A stretch of 64,000 nt of DNA from Octopus vulgaris (GCA_951406725.2 OX597832.1:69750001-69814000); one strand, 5' to 3'; positions 1 through 12,465 are shown, counted from the first letter of the stretch. Numbers and translations are program-made. Notes: a model not told the origin generated them from the sequence alone.

Positions 1-315
1 ATCACTGTGATACATTTCTAAGTCTGGCAATTGAATTAGTTTGCGATTGGGAATACAAAGCAGTCGAAACCACATTTTCGAAGAGAACCATATGTTCAAC
101 GCTCCGTAGAGAAGTACACCTTTCTCTCCTTCCTACACTTATATATCCATATACGTTAGTGTATATAAATCTGCATGCATATATACATACACACGTGCAC
201 ACACAGATATATTTGACAGAAATTAAATTTAAAAGTTGAATTGAAAAGCAATAGCTTTTGTTTCAGCACACGACTCAGATCAAGTCACTTGCCATGCAAG
301 TACATCTTCGTAATA

Positions 316-323
316 TCTATCTG

Positions 324-400
<77 letters not shown>
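316..400. repeat. (ATCT)n microsatellite
   Basis: Near-perfect tetranucleotide run; one of dozens of (TA)n, (CA)n, (ATCT)n and (TAA)n tracts across the window. Confidence 0.97.
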
Positions 401-401
<1 letters not shown>

Positions 402-418
402 CCTGTATATATATATAT

Positions 419-821
419 AGGCGCAGGAGTGGCTGTGTGGTAAGTAGCTTGTTTACCAACCACATGGTTCCGGGTTCAGTCCCACTGCGTGGCATCTTGG
501 GCAAGTGTCTTCTGCTATAACTCCGCGCCGACCAATGCCTTGTGAGTGGATTTGGTAGACGGAAACTGAAAGAAGACTGTCGTATATATGTATATATATA
601 TATATGTATGTGTTTGTGTGTCTGTGTTTGTCTCCCTAGCATTGCTTGACAACCGATGCTGGTGTGTTTACGTCCTCGTCACTTAGCGGTTCGGCAAAAG
701 AGACCGATAGAATAAGTACTGGGCTTATAAAGAATAAGTCCCGGGGTAGATTTGCTCGACTAAAAGCGGTGCTCCAGCATGGCCGCAGTCAAATGAATGA
801 AACAAGTAAAAGAGTAAAGAG
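419..821 (+). mobile_element. tRNA-derived SINE, family 1 (octopus OK/OR-like), full length with internal TA/TG microsatellite
   Basis: A-box-like GTGGCTGTGTGG, B-box-like GGTTCAGTCCC, then CTTGGGCAAGTGTC and 3' GGTGCTCCAGCATGGCCGCAGTCAAATG; near-identical copy at 39862-40320. Confidence 0.85.
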
Positions 822-836
822 TATATATATATATAT

Positions 837-1935
837 ATGGCTCAAATATTCTCTAGTTTCACTGGTCCCACTCCCGAACTATACGGTCGTTACATTGACG
901 ACATTATCGGTGCCACCTCACTCTCCCGTGAACATCTAGATTCTTTCCTCTCTTTCGTTCAATCCTTCCATCCTGCCCTCCACTTCACCTCCACTATCTC
1001 CTACACCTCTGTCTCCTTCCTCGACATTTCGGTCAGCATTCATCACGCCACTCTTACCACCTCCATTCACTACAAACACACAGACTCACGCTCATATCTA
1101 AACTTCTCTTCCTCCCACCCCAAACACACCAGGCTTTCCATCCCCTATTCCCAATTCCTCCGTCGACGTAGGCTCTGTAGTGACGACCATGACTTTGAGA
1201 CTCAGTCTCAACTTATGGTTCGCCACTTCATCCTACGTGGATTTCCCCTCACCACTATCCACACCGCCCTTGCCAGAGCACGTTCCGTAGACCGTGCATC
1301 TGCTCTCTCCCCTCGAACCCACCCTGCAGTCTCCCGCCTCCCTTTTCCCCTCACTTACCACCCCACCACCCTACCTCTCCAACGCACCATTCTTCGAGCT
1401 TTCCGGCATCTCCAGTCCGACCCGTCCACTTCACACCTCTTCCCTAACCGACCCCTCCCTTCTTTCAAACGAGCCCATAACCTACGAGACCCCTTGGTCC
1501 ATAGCTTCTTCCCTGATCCTACCTCCCAACCTGGCTCGTTCCCCTGCTGCTGCCCACGCTGCAGCACTTGAATTTACCTCTCCAACACCACCCTCCTCAC
1601 TGGCACCCATCATCGACCCTATCGCATCATCCACTCCTTCACCTGCACCTCCAGCAATATCATCTATTGCATCTCCTGCTCTCTCTGCCATTCCCTGTAC
1701 ATCGGACAAAAGGGACGCCGCTTGGCTGACCGGTTGGCGGAACACCTCCGAGACATCCGCCTCGCCAACGACACACCGGTCTCACGCTATTTCCGCTCCA
1801 CCGGTCACTCCTTGCAACACCTGTCTGTGTTCGGATTGTCCATGCACAGAGGCCATCCGGTTCCCGTTTGCGCCGTGAACAGGGATTAATCTTCTCTCTT
1901 CGCTCTTTTACGCCATTTGGTCTCAACTTTCCCCC
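837..1935 (+). pseudogene. 5'-truncated Penelope-like element (Neptune-type) ORF: RT C-terminus, Cys-rich linker and GIY-YIG endonuclease, with an in-frame stop and a frameshift
   Basis: YGRYIDDI, VSFLDISV, HYKHTD..YL, SIPYSQFLRRRRLCS and CCCPRCST*. The same frame continues after TGA 1569-1571 as FTCTSSNIIYCISCSLCHSLYIGQKGRRLADRLAEH, then frameshifts to REQGLIFSLRSFTPFGLN. Confidence 0.92.
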
Positions 1936-2627
1936 CGTTTTCATCTACCCCACCTTTTTTTTTCATCTAACCTCCCCCCCCCCGACTCCTAACCCTCTTC
2001 AGTCCTTCATCTTTTCACCCCTACTCTCTTTCCCACCTCTTCCCTCTTCTTCTTTCTTCTTCCCTCTTCCCCCTCTCTCTTTCTCTCTGATCCCCCCTTT
2101 CTCTCCCCCTCCTTTCCCTTCCACTTCCTCTCCACTCCCCTCCTCCTCTCCCTCTCTCTTCCTTTCCCCTCCCCTTCCCCTTCCTTCTCCTCTCCCTCCT
2201 TCCCTCTCATCTCCTCTCTCCCCTCCCTCCCCCTCTCACTCTCCCCACAACCCCCACTCTACCCTAACCCCTAGCCGAAGCCACACCCTACATGGGCTTT
2301 CCCCACTCTCACCCCCACCTCCCCACAACATCACACCACACTACACTACACCATACGACATTACACATCACATCATACATACATACACACGTCCAGACCA
2401 CCAGCCCTCTTTCACATGCACATACATACTCTCTTATGCACATATGCACCTTCATGTTGGGGCGAGGTCACTTGACCCTGTTATCTCCCCTACTATCCCT
2501 CTAGCGTCTAACGCCTGACCTCTAACGTTTGGCCTCCGATCTCTGACTTCTCCTGAAATCAGAACGCCATGTTGGATCGTTGCCCCCTACACGCAATTTT
2601 TTTCTCTCCTTGTTTATTTTCTGTGTA

Positions 2628-2665
2628 TCTTTCTATCGAAGAGCGTAGGCTCGAAACGTAAAAGA
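2628..2665 (+). ncRNA. Minimal type I hammerhead-like motif, mutated core
   Basis: Stem I TCTTT/AAAGA; core CTATCGA-A; stem II GAGC-gtag-GCTC; GAAAC-GTA. Confidence 0.55.
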
Positions 2666-2760
2666 CTTGTTTTATTTCTATTCCTGAGCGCCATACTAAT
2701 ACATTGTTTGATTGTACTCCACCTGCCTTCGTCTTTTGTTTATTTTCGTAAACCTTCCCG

Positions 2761-2829
<69 letters not shown>

Positions 2830-2959
2830 TAAATGTATGTATCTGTGCTTGTGTGTGTCTAGATGTGCATATATGTATACTTGTATGCAAATGTGATTTG
2901 GGAGAGAGAGAGAGAGAGAGAAACACATGAGAGGAGAAGGATTTTAACATTATTTTCTT

Positions 2960-3170
2960 GAACCCTGGAGCTCATAAAAATATTTCGCCGGTTTCCAAGG
3001 TATGTAATCAATCCAGAGGTTGCTGGATCGGTAGCCAGCAAATTTCTTTGAGGGGAGGGTCTTGACTGGTACTTTATTTTATCCAGCCCCAAAACCAAGA
3101 AAGGCAACTTTGACTTCGGTGGTATTTGAAGTCAGAACGTTAACAGACGGGAGAAATGTGGCAAAGCACA
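2960..3170 (-). mobile_element. Degenerate SINE family 2 copy
   Basis: GACTGGTACTTTATTTTATC...AAAGGCAACTTTGACTTCGGTGGTATTTGAA matches the reverse complement of the family seen at 24545 and 49025. Confidence 0.6.
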
Positions 3171-3679
3171 GAAAGAATATAAAGTAAAATAGCTTTTGTG
3201 AATACACTGTCAACAGAGGGAGTATAAATTTAAAGCTAACTTTATTACATGTGAAGAAGATAGAAAAAGAAAAGAAGAAACAGAGTGGAAAAGAAATGAG
3301 ATAGAAAGAATATGGACGTTTTTAAACAAATAACGAATTTGTAACTCAACGTAAGTTGATAGAACCGACTTCAAGAAATCAGGGTTAATCGAAGAAGAAT
3401 CCATGAGATTCATCAGTTCCACAAGAACAGAAACTAACAACCGTGAACTTTAAATGAACATAACTAATTCTGAGGGAACTGGAATGAATGGCGTAAGAGA
3501 CTAGGTCAGAGTGGTCCAGAATGAAAACTTCAACGCATACAGAAATAGATAGAAACCTTAACATAAAGTTTCTGGGATTTTGATGATGCACACACGTGGT
3601 GAACTACACGCATACACAAACGCATGCATGCACATGGGTGTGAATGAGTGTGTTTGTGTGTATTGACGTGCACACAAAC

Positions 3680-3726
<47 letters not shown>

Positions 3727-3727
3727 C

Positions 3728-3765
<38 letters not shown>

Positions 3766-3768
3766 ATG

Positions 3769-3814
<46 letters not shown>

Positions 3815-4181
3815 CATATGTGTGTGTGTGTACAGAGACTAAGAGATAAAGAGGCAGAGACTACACGGAAGTCTGCCTTAAGATATCCAGTAAAAAACTC
3901 AGTATAAATTATCCGATACTTAAAAAGTGGATGTTGTTTTATAAAAGCAATGACACTAACTTTTTTGCTCAATGTAGAAGGATTTACTTTGTATTTCGTT
4001 GTTTCCCAATACAGAGAACAATTTCTTTTAACTATTCCCTTGATGTCATCTTACTACACTAATCAGTTTTCCTTGGCTTGCTTCTAAGTGTTTTTTCTAA
4101 TTCTACTATTGTAACATAGTACTAGTTTTCTTATTTTTTAGACACACAATCACACAGAAATGCACGCAAACACACACACGC

Positions 4182-4238
<57 letters not shown>

Positions 4239-4309
4239 CATATTATATATATATATATTATATATACACACACAGCGTACCCAAAACCACACAGCAGTAC
4301 ATATTCTTT

Positions 4310-4528
4310 TCTTTCTTTTATTCTTTTACTTGTTTCAGTCATTTGACTGCGGCCATGCTGGAGCACCGCCTTTAATCGAGCAACTCGACCCCGGGACTTA
4401 TTCTTTTGTAAGCCCAGTACTTATTCTATCGGTCTCTTTTGCCGAACCGCTAAGTAACGGGGACATAAACCCACCAGCATCGGTGTCAAGCAATGCTAGG
4501 AGGACAAACACAGACACAAACACATACA

Positions 4529-4530
<2 letters not shown>
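4310..4530 (-). mobile_element. SINE family 1, 3' half
   Basis: Reverse complement of 620-820 (CATTTGACTGCGGCCATGCTGGAGCACCGCC). Confidence 0.85.
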
Positions 4531-4587
<57 letters not shown>

Positions 4588-4745
4588 AGAAAGTTGGTTT
4601 GTGAAAGCACGTGGTTGAATATATAGAAAATAGTTAAAAGTGAAAAAACTACAGAAGGCTTGTTTTAAAAGGTTAAAAAATATATATTTGAGTCAATATG
4701 TCTGAAGAATATTATAAATTTTTTTCTTACAATGACATAGTTTAG

Positions 4746-4785
4746 AAGAAATGACCGGTTTCGCGTTCAGCTTTTCAAATTCCTT
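4746..4785 (-). ncRNA. Type I hammerhead motif, U3-A8 variant core (inverted copy)
   Basis: Reverse complement AAGGAAT-TTGAAAA-GC-tgaac-GC-GAAA-CCGG-TC-ATTTCTT. Confidence 0.65.
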
Positions 4786-5105
4786 ACATCGTTATGTTTA
4801 TGTTGAGAAGAGTTATCGTTATGTTTATGTTGAAAATAGTTCTAGATAAGGGGAGGTAATAAGTGATTTCTTCCGGTGTAAGGGAGATAATCGCTTAAAA
4901 TTTTTTGCCTTTCCTTTGGGGTGAATTTCTCTGCATAAGTATGTTGGAATGGTTAAGTCTGGGCTTGTACTTTTCAATGAAGAATGTTTCCTTTAAGCTA
5001 TTATCTCCCTTACACCGGAAGAAATCACTTATTACCTCCCCTTATCTAGAACTATTTTCAACATAAACATAACGATAACTCTTCTCAACATAAACATAAC
5101 GATGT

Positions 5106-5145
5106 AAGAAATTTGAAAAGCTGAACGCGAAACCGGTCATTTCTT
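5106..5145 (+). ncRNA. Type I hammerhead motif, U3-A8 variant core
   Basis: 7-bp stem I AAGAAAT/ATTTCTT; core TTGAAAA; stem II GC/GC; GAAA; palindromic stem III CCGG; GUC site. Confidence 0.7.
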
Positions 5146-5269
5146 CTAAACTATGTCATTGTAAGAAAAAAATTTATAATATTCTTCAGACATATTGACT
5201 CAAATATATATTTTTTAACCTTTTAAAACAAGCCTTCTGTAGTTTTTTCCCTTTTTACTATTTTCTATA

Positions 5270-5316
<47 letters not shown>

Positions 5317-5913
5317 GTATATACATGTACGCGTGTGTATGTGTATTCTGTACAAAGTATATTCGGTGTGCAACAATGGTTTATTTTGAATAAATATTTG
5401 TCAGTTGTCAACTCTAGATTTTCGAACCCCAATGGAAACGTGTACTAATGTGCCATTTTCCTTCTATATTGCACTTTATGTTTTATTTCTTTTTTATATA
5501 TTTTGTACTTTCCTTGTCAATTATGATTCTGATTTCTTTCATGATATACGGTTGTTATTTTTTTCCTGTACATAATTACTGGTATCAGGTAATAACTCTT
5601 TTCCATCGAATGTGTAAATGGGGAGGTTTTTTTTATACATTATTGCCAATGTAACTACCACTTCCTCAGCAGTTATCAATCTCTCTTGCTACATCTAGGA
5701 AATCATATCTCCTACTCTGCCTCTTCTTCTCTCTCTCTCTCCTTTCTCTCCCTACCACTCTTTTTCTTACTACGACGATAAAAATGTCAGTCGTTATGTC
5801 TTTATCACTCTTATCAATCTTTATTTTACTCATGTGACTAATTAGCTTTTTTCTCACTTCCACTACCAAGCATCTTCGCCATTTCTTCCCCACACATCAC
5901 AGCCGGACATACG

Positions 5914-6004
<91 letters not shown>

Positions 6005-6034
6005 ACACACATATAAATACACACACACACATTC

Positions 6035-6266
6035 TTTATTCATTTATTCGTTTACTTGCTTCAGTTATTTTACTGCGGCCATGCTGGAGCACCGCTTTTA
6101 GTTGAACAAATCAAATCCAGAACTTATTCCTTGTAAGTCTAGTACTTATTCCTGGTCTCTCTTGCCGAGCCGCTAGGTTTCAGGGACGTAAACACACAAA
6201 CATCAGTTCTCAAGTGATGGTGGGTGACACGCACAGACACACACACAGAAATATATATACACACAT

Positions 6267-6317
<51 letters not shown>

Positions 6318-7164
6318 CCGGTTCTTGACTGAAGATTGAAGGCTTCGAATGTTCCGTCCGTGTTTTTTGTATCGTCTTCTAAATGTTTCACGTTCTTGTC
6401 CCAGTTTGTATTTTTTACATTTACATATATATACATATACGACGTACCCTTTTTGGTCTTATACGTAAGTATATATTCTTTAACACATGGTACGACTCTA
6501 CAACACTGTTTCTCTCCCCCTCTCCTACATTTCTCTGCCTTTCACACTTTGCACTCCACTTTGATCTGTCTCTTTCTCTCTCTTTCTCTCTCGCTCTTCT
6601 CCTCATTTGTTCCTTGTTCCCCTTCTTTCTCTCTTCATCTGTCCCTCTTTTCCTCTCTCTTTCCCTCACACGTGACTAGCCTCTTCGTGGTCAGCAGCCG
6701 TTACGGCAAGACACACTTTGTTGTCTCTCTGTAGCCCTAAGGCTTTTATCTAACGCCAGCTCAAAAATTTACTCGTCCTGTCGAAAAGACGCTCGTCTGT
6801 GACGTCCTGTTTTTGTTGTTATTATTATTATCACTATTGTTTTTACGTATTTTTGTATTCTTATTCGTGTCATCATTATTGTTTTTACGTATTTTTGTAT
6901 TTTTATTCGTGTAACATCGTCCGGTTTTCCGTCCTTGTTTTGTATACATTCGAGGCTTTCTTCTAAGGAATCTAATGCACTTGGCTTAGATTTTCCTTTG
7001 GGGCTGGCCAGATCGGAGCAATCTCAAGATTAATCAGCCGAAATTGCGAAGATGATCCGGTTCTTGACTGAAGATTGAAGGCTTCGAATGTTCCGTCCGT
7101 GTTTTTTGTATCGTCTTCTAAATGTTTCACGTTCTTGTCCTAGTTTGCATTTTTTTACATTTAC

Positions 7165-7220
<56 letters not shown>

Positions 7221-7372
7221 GAGGGTCTTCTTTCAGTTTCCATCTACCAAATCTACTCACAAGGCTTTGCTCGGCCCGAAGCTATAGTAGAAGACACTTG
7301 TCCAAGTTGCCACGCAGTTGAAGTGGACCGAAACCTTATGGTTAGGAAGCAAGCTTCTTACGACACAGCCAT
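6035..7372 (-). mobile_element. SINE family 1 copy split by an insertion in its internal (TA)n
   Basis: 3' half at 6035-6250 and 5' tRNA head at 7218-7372, same orientation, separated by the element at 6313-7168. Confidence 0.75.
6313..7168 (+). mobile_element. Non-coding element with ~115-bp terminal direct repeats (PLE pseudo-LTR or retrozyme-like)
   Basis: 6313-6430 repeated at 7052-7168 (unit ~739 bp); both ends embedded in (TA)n; no real ORF. Confidence 0.75.
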
Positions 7373-8471
7373 GATATATATATATTTCGTTTTCTGCCTG
7401 TACTAGCAACCTCCTCGTTTTATTCTCCTCCTCCAGTGTGCGCATCTATTCTAGTATGTTTAAAACATGTAGGACACAGATGTAGGTAGATAGAGGAAGA
7501 GAGAGGGAATGAGAGAGTGAAAGACAGGGCAACACAATGTCAGAGAAAATATGTGTGTGTGTGTGTGCGTTTGTGTGCCTGTGTGCGTGCGTGCGTTTGT
7601 GTGTTTGCGGTATTTACTTGTCTAACTGTAGTTGCCCATATGAATATAGGTCTCACATTCTACATCGAGGTCTCTTATTATTTATCAGTGAGGAAACTTT
7701 TTTCACTATAGGATTCTGTTTTAGCATTCTCGTTTTGCCAGTGAAATATGTATATCTATATATTTCAACATACATACATACATACATGTGCATACAGAAA
7801 TACAGAAATATTATGTACAAGTGTGAGTACGTATATATTATATTCATAAAAACAGTGTATACGTTAAAAATAATACTTTGGTTTGCAAAAGAACATAGAT
7901 TTAGGCAATTACATGAGTATTATTGGTCAATAGGCATTAGATTTATGTGTATATATCTAATATAAATGCATATATGCATATATGCGTACACAAACAAAAA
8001 CATACGCATACAAACACAGACATATACAGTGGGAAAGTGAGAAAGAGAGAGAGAGGATGAGAGAGGGAAAGAGAGATACATACAGACACACAGAGTGGCA
8101 GATATATATAGGTATCTGCATATAAATATAATTATGTACGCTCACAGATATATATATATATATATATATATACATAGATACAGGCTTTATATTAATATAA
8201 TTATATCTTTATTATATTTGTACACAGAGATGCACAAACATATAAAGTTCACATATACACACCTTATGTCTTGTATGTGCATGGATGAGCGCGTAAATAC
8301 CTGTGTATATACATTAATACATGCATGAGTTAAGTAACCAGTATGCTTATGTATTTATATTTGATGGGCGTCTATTAGAATATATAAGTATAAATACATG
8401 TGACCGCGTGTGTACCGTTGGCGATTTTTTTTCCATCCGTCTTCCCTTCTTTGGATCTTTCCTTTTCCTAC

Positions 8472-8506
8472 GTTTCTGACGAAGAGCTCCGCTCGAAACG
8501 TTAGAC
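8472..8506 (+). ncRNA. Minimal type I hammerhead motif with canonical core, in a PLE 3' fragment (~8330-8600)
   Basis: GTTT-CTGACGA-A-GAGC-tcc-GCTC-GAAAC-GTT-AGAC; palindromic AACGTT stem III. Confidence 0.7.
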
Positions 8507-8590
8507 CCTCCTTCTTTCCCTCGTTCCTGAGCGTCCAATAATACTATACTTGTTCCGCATCCTCGCGTTATTGTGTTTTCTTGTGTGGAT

Positions 8591-8632
<42 letters not shown>

Positions 8633-9623
8633 TATATATCGATAAAAATACATATATATTTTATATATATATATAGATAGAGAAAGAGAGAGAGAGAGAG
8701 AGAGAGATAGGTAGATAGATAGATAGATTATTATATGCGTTTATATGTGAATATATCATTTAATATATATGTACATGTATATATATATAAATACTTTTAT
8801 ATATTTACATATAAGTAAATATATATTATATTAAATATACATACATGCACACACACACACAAACATATATATATGTGTGTGTGTTTATATGTTTATATAT
8901 ATATATATAGATATAGTTAGATAGATAGATAGATAGATAGATAGATATAGATATAGATATATACATATATTCATATAAACATACATACATACATACACAC
9001 ACACATATAAATATATAGGTAATTTAGTATATGTGGTAGTTACTTTGGTTGCAATCTCGGAATTTGATAACCGTTTCTCACGAAGCACCAATATTCTCAA
9101 GAATCGTTCCCATTTTTATTCAATCGTGTGCATAACTTATCATGCATTGGTATTTATGTATAAACATGTATAATAGCACACGTTTATCAACACGTAAGAA
9201 CACTTACAACAACGTGTGCTTCTATTCAAAACACACATACAAGTATACACACACGTACACACACACAGACATATATATATGTATATATTTGTTTAACTAT
9301 ACGTATCAAATCATATATATTGTATAATATTTATATATAATATATACACATAAGTGTTTGTGTGTATGTATGTGTGTGTGCTTGTGTGTGTGTGTGTGCG
9401 TGTTTGTGCGTGAGTGTGTGCATGCGTGTGTCCGTATGCCTTGTAAAGTAATATTTGTGCATTTAGGCCAAAATTAATCAATGTTTCACCGCAATCTCTA
9501 ATTTCCTGCCTGATTGTTGAATAAATTTCTATTCGGTAAGATTACGCGCGCGAGCAACATTCACACACACACACACAGACACACTCACAAGCACACACGC
9601 ACACATATAATTACATTTATATA

Positions 9624-9682
<59 letters not shown>

Positions 9683-9683
9683 G

Positions 9684-9714
<31 letters not shown>

Positions 9715-10127
9715 CTTCGTGTGTGTGTGTGTTTATGTATGTACTCATGTATATTTCGCGGTGCTATCATTAATCATTTGCCCATTTGTACCGTGTAATT
9801 TTATTTCCATCGGAATATTTTTGATGTATGAAAATCTCAAGGAAAAAAATAAAGAAAAAATCGAAGAAAATGAGCCCGTTTCTCTCAACTGGCATTTATG
9901 GCGAGCAACTTCTAACACACAATTCGATTGACCTTGTTGCTAACATTTATAAGATAATATCTGACATATTTCCATCCTTCGGTCGTTTGCTGTTGGGCGT
10001 GATAGAGTTTTCAATATCTAACAGGCGTTCTAAGAAGATTTCAAGTTGAAAAGACGTGGAGGTACGAAGTTTTCATATCAAATATTCTTTCATCGAAAGC
10101 TGTCGGCTTTCACAAACAAATGTTGTT

Positions 10128-10212
<85 letters not shown>

Positions 10213-10240
10213 CAACAATAATAATAACAGTAATAATAAT
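10128..10240. repeat. Compound (CAT)n(AAT)n(AAC)n microsatellite
   Basis: Direct reading. Confidence 0.95.
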
Positions 10241-11100
10241 CCCTTCAGTGTTAAATAAAGTAAGAATTATCATATCGACTATCAAATTGGAAATTGCTTC
10301 AAGGATAGCATATGTTGTATAAAGCAACCCCTTTTAGCTGTTGAATGTGTGTATATAAAACGAAGAAAAGATGTAATTATAGATGATTTCCATTATATAT
10401 ATATATTGGATTGTTCCAATAGTTATCTAAACTTCAAAACTCAATGACTTTACATAAAGGCAACTCTTACGAAAATCCATTATGTTTTCTTGTTGCTCCT
10501 TCGTTTCGATTTTTGTAAGGATTTCTATAAAATTTTGCTCTGTTACCTAGCATTCTATATATCGAGATATGAAACTATCTCGATGTATCTGCGGTACATA
10601 TCCGAGAAAATGGGCGAGAGTTTTACTGCGTTGTTTGACTCGTGAGAAATAGCAGCCATATCTTCGTAGACTGCAACCATAACCTCATAAAAGGGGGCAA
10701 AAACCAGATAGTCGTACACATACCTAAAAGGACAGGTGGGAATTGAAGACTTGTTCACATAATCAGATGAACATACAGAGGGAACTACAAAAACAGAGAA
10801 ACTGTAAAATTAAGGCGGTTACAAATGCATAAATCTAGACTTTTATAATTATGAAATATACATGCGAAAACACATAAACACAAACACATATGAATACACA
10901 CAGTGACGTGAAAGACACATCAGTGTTTGGCTCCCGCAGACTTCAGATTGGAAGAACCATTGAAACTTCGAAGTCAAAGTTATTAAACATTTGTTAATTA
11001 TCCTTTTCTTGCTGTCACTCCTTTCTTTTATTGTATTTTCCCAGATTTTATGCTTATATAAATATATTCTTTTGTGCACACAAGCACACACACATATGTG

Positions 11101-11128
<28 letters not shown>

Positions 11129-11136
<8 letters not shown>

Positions 11137-11358
11137 TAAGGGCTCCTAAATTAAGATGCCGAGTGCTGGGAACACAAAAGGGGATGAATTTATCGAGAGT
11201 GAAAATCAAAAACGTTTACCGATAACTTTAACAACTCGAACCGCGGTTCGAGTTGTTAAAGTTATCGGTAAACGTTTTTGATTTTCACTCTCGATAAATT
11301 CATCCCCTTTTGTGTTCCCAGCACTCGGCATCTTAATTTAGGAGCCCTTAATTGTATA
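11129..11358. repeat. Perfect 230-bp palindrome with no spacer, centre CCGCGG
   Basis: Arms 11129-11243 and 11244-11358 read as exact reverse complements. Confidence 0.92.
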
Positions 11359-11461
11359 ACTACATGAATAATATTTTTCTATATGAATAATATTTTTGTC
11401 TTATGACTAATTCGTCTTTTGTGCTGGGCACCTGGTAGTAAATAATATTACTACCCTTCTT

Positions 11462-11521
<60 letters not shown>

Positions 11522-11542
11522 ATATATGTATATATATATATG

Positions 11543-12462
11543 TTGTGTTCGACGTTTTTTTGGTGTCCTGTACCCATATATGCATGTATATATACATGTA
11601 GATGTAGTTACGTACATATATGTATGTATATATGCATATGTTTTATTTATTAATTTGTTATTATACGACAGAACGCACGCATCCATTTCTAAGTAAGTTT
11701 GTTCTTAATATTAATACTGATGCGCACTCTTAACCTTTCTGTCCCCCTCCCTTTCTCAGCCTTCCTTCTTTCTGGTTTCCTTTTCTTCTACCTTACTGTC
11801 TCTCCCCCCCCTCTCTCTCTCTCTCATTCTTCATTCTTTCTGGTTTTCTCTACAACCATTCCTCTTTTTTCTCTCCCCTTCCCTTTCTCCTCCTCCTCTG
11901 TCCCGTCGCTGGTCAGCGATGAGGAAACTACTGTCTTTTCTGACCTTGCTTCACCCGAGTGTAGACGGCATTTTCTGTGGCTCCTTCGCCGTTCTCAAAA
12001 GTAGCGTTTGTAACATTTTATCGCGTTCGGCTTAACAGCCCTTCTTGTCTGTGTTACTATTATTTTCCTTGTCCTGTCTTTTACTGTTTATATTTTGTAC
12101 TGTCGTTACTGTCCTGTTTTTGTTACCATTTTTACCCCTCTGCAAAAAAAATCTCAAATTTGCTTTTCGCGGGAAGGAATGTTTCAGTCGAAATTGCATC
12201 TCGCCTTCAGCTTCGAAACGCAGAGTAGATGAAACCATGGTGACTGAAGAAGGGGAATTTTCCTTGTTATTTCTCATGTACTCTATTTTTTCGTTGTTTA
12301 AGAAAAATGTCCAGTTCCTTGGTTTTGTGTTTATGTTTTCGTTTCTCATTGTGTTCGACGTTTTTTGGTATCCTGTACCCATATATGCATGTATATATAC
12401 ATGTAGATGTAGGTACGTACATATATGTATGTACATATACATATGTTTTATTTATTAATTTG

Positions 12463-12465
<3 letters not shown>
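11543..12465 (+). mobile_element. Non-coding element with ~120-bp terminal direct repeats in (TA)n
   Basis: TTGTGTTCGACGTTTTTT...TTTATTAATTTGTTAT at 11543-11662 and 12349-12465 (unit ~806 bp). Confidence 0.75.

Larger units (their letters stand above)
837..2762 (+). mobile_element. Penelope-like retroelement copy flanked by (TA)n, with pyrimidine-rich 3' region and terminal HHR-like motif
   Basis: ORF above; 3' end (2580-2762) similar to short fragments at 8400-8600 and 22030-22195; TA repeats on both sides. Confidence 0.85.
4618..5272. mobile_element. PLE 3' end with inverted extension: ~280-bp inverted arms around a ~90-bp spacer, in (TA)n
   Basis: 4618-4899 is the near-perfect reverse complement of 4992-5272; the spacer on the minus strand encodes ETFFIEKYKPRLN, the GIY-YIG C-terminal motif. 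Confidence 0.8.

Noticed and set aside
1868-2518. 216-aa Pro/Ser/Leu-rich ORF
   Set aside because: Only the first ~20 codons are the frameshifted PLE endonuclease end; the rest is pyrimidine-rich low-complexity 3' region
12190-12232. Twister-like look (AA-TTGC...GCA-GAG)
   Set aside because: Lacks the conserved UAA cleavage site and L4 GU...A pattern; not callable
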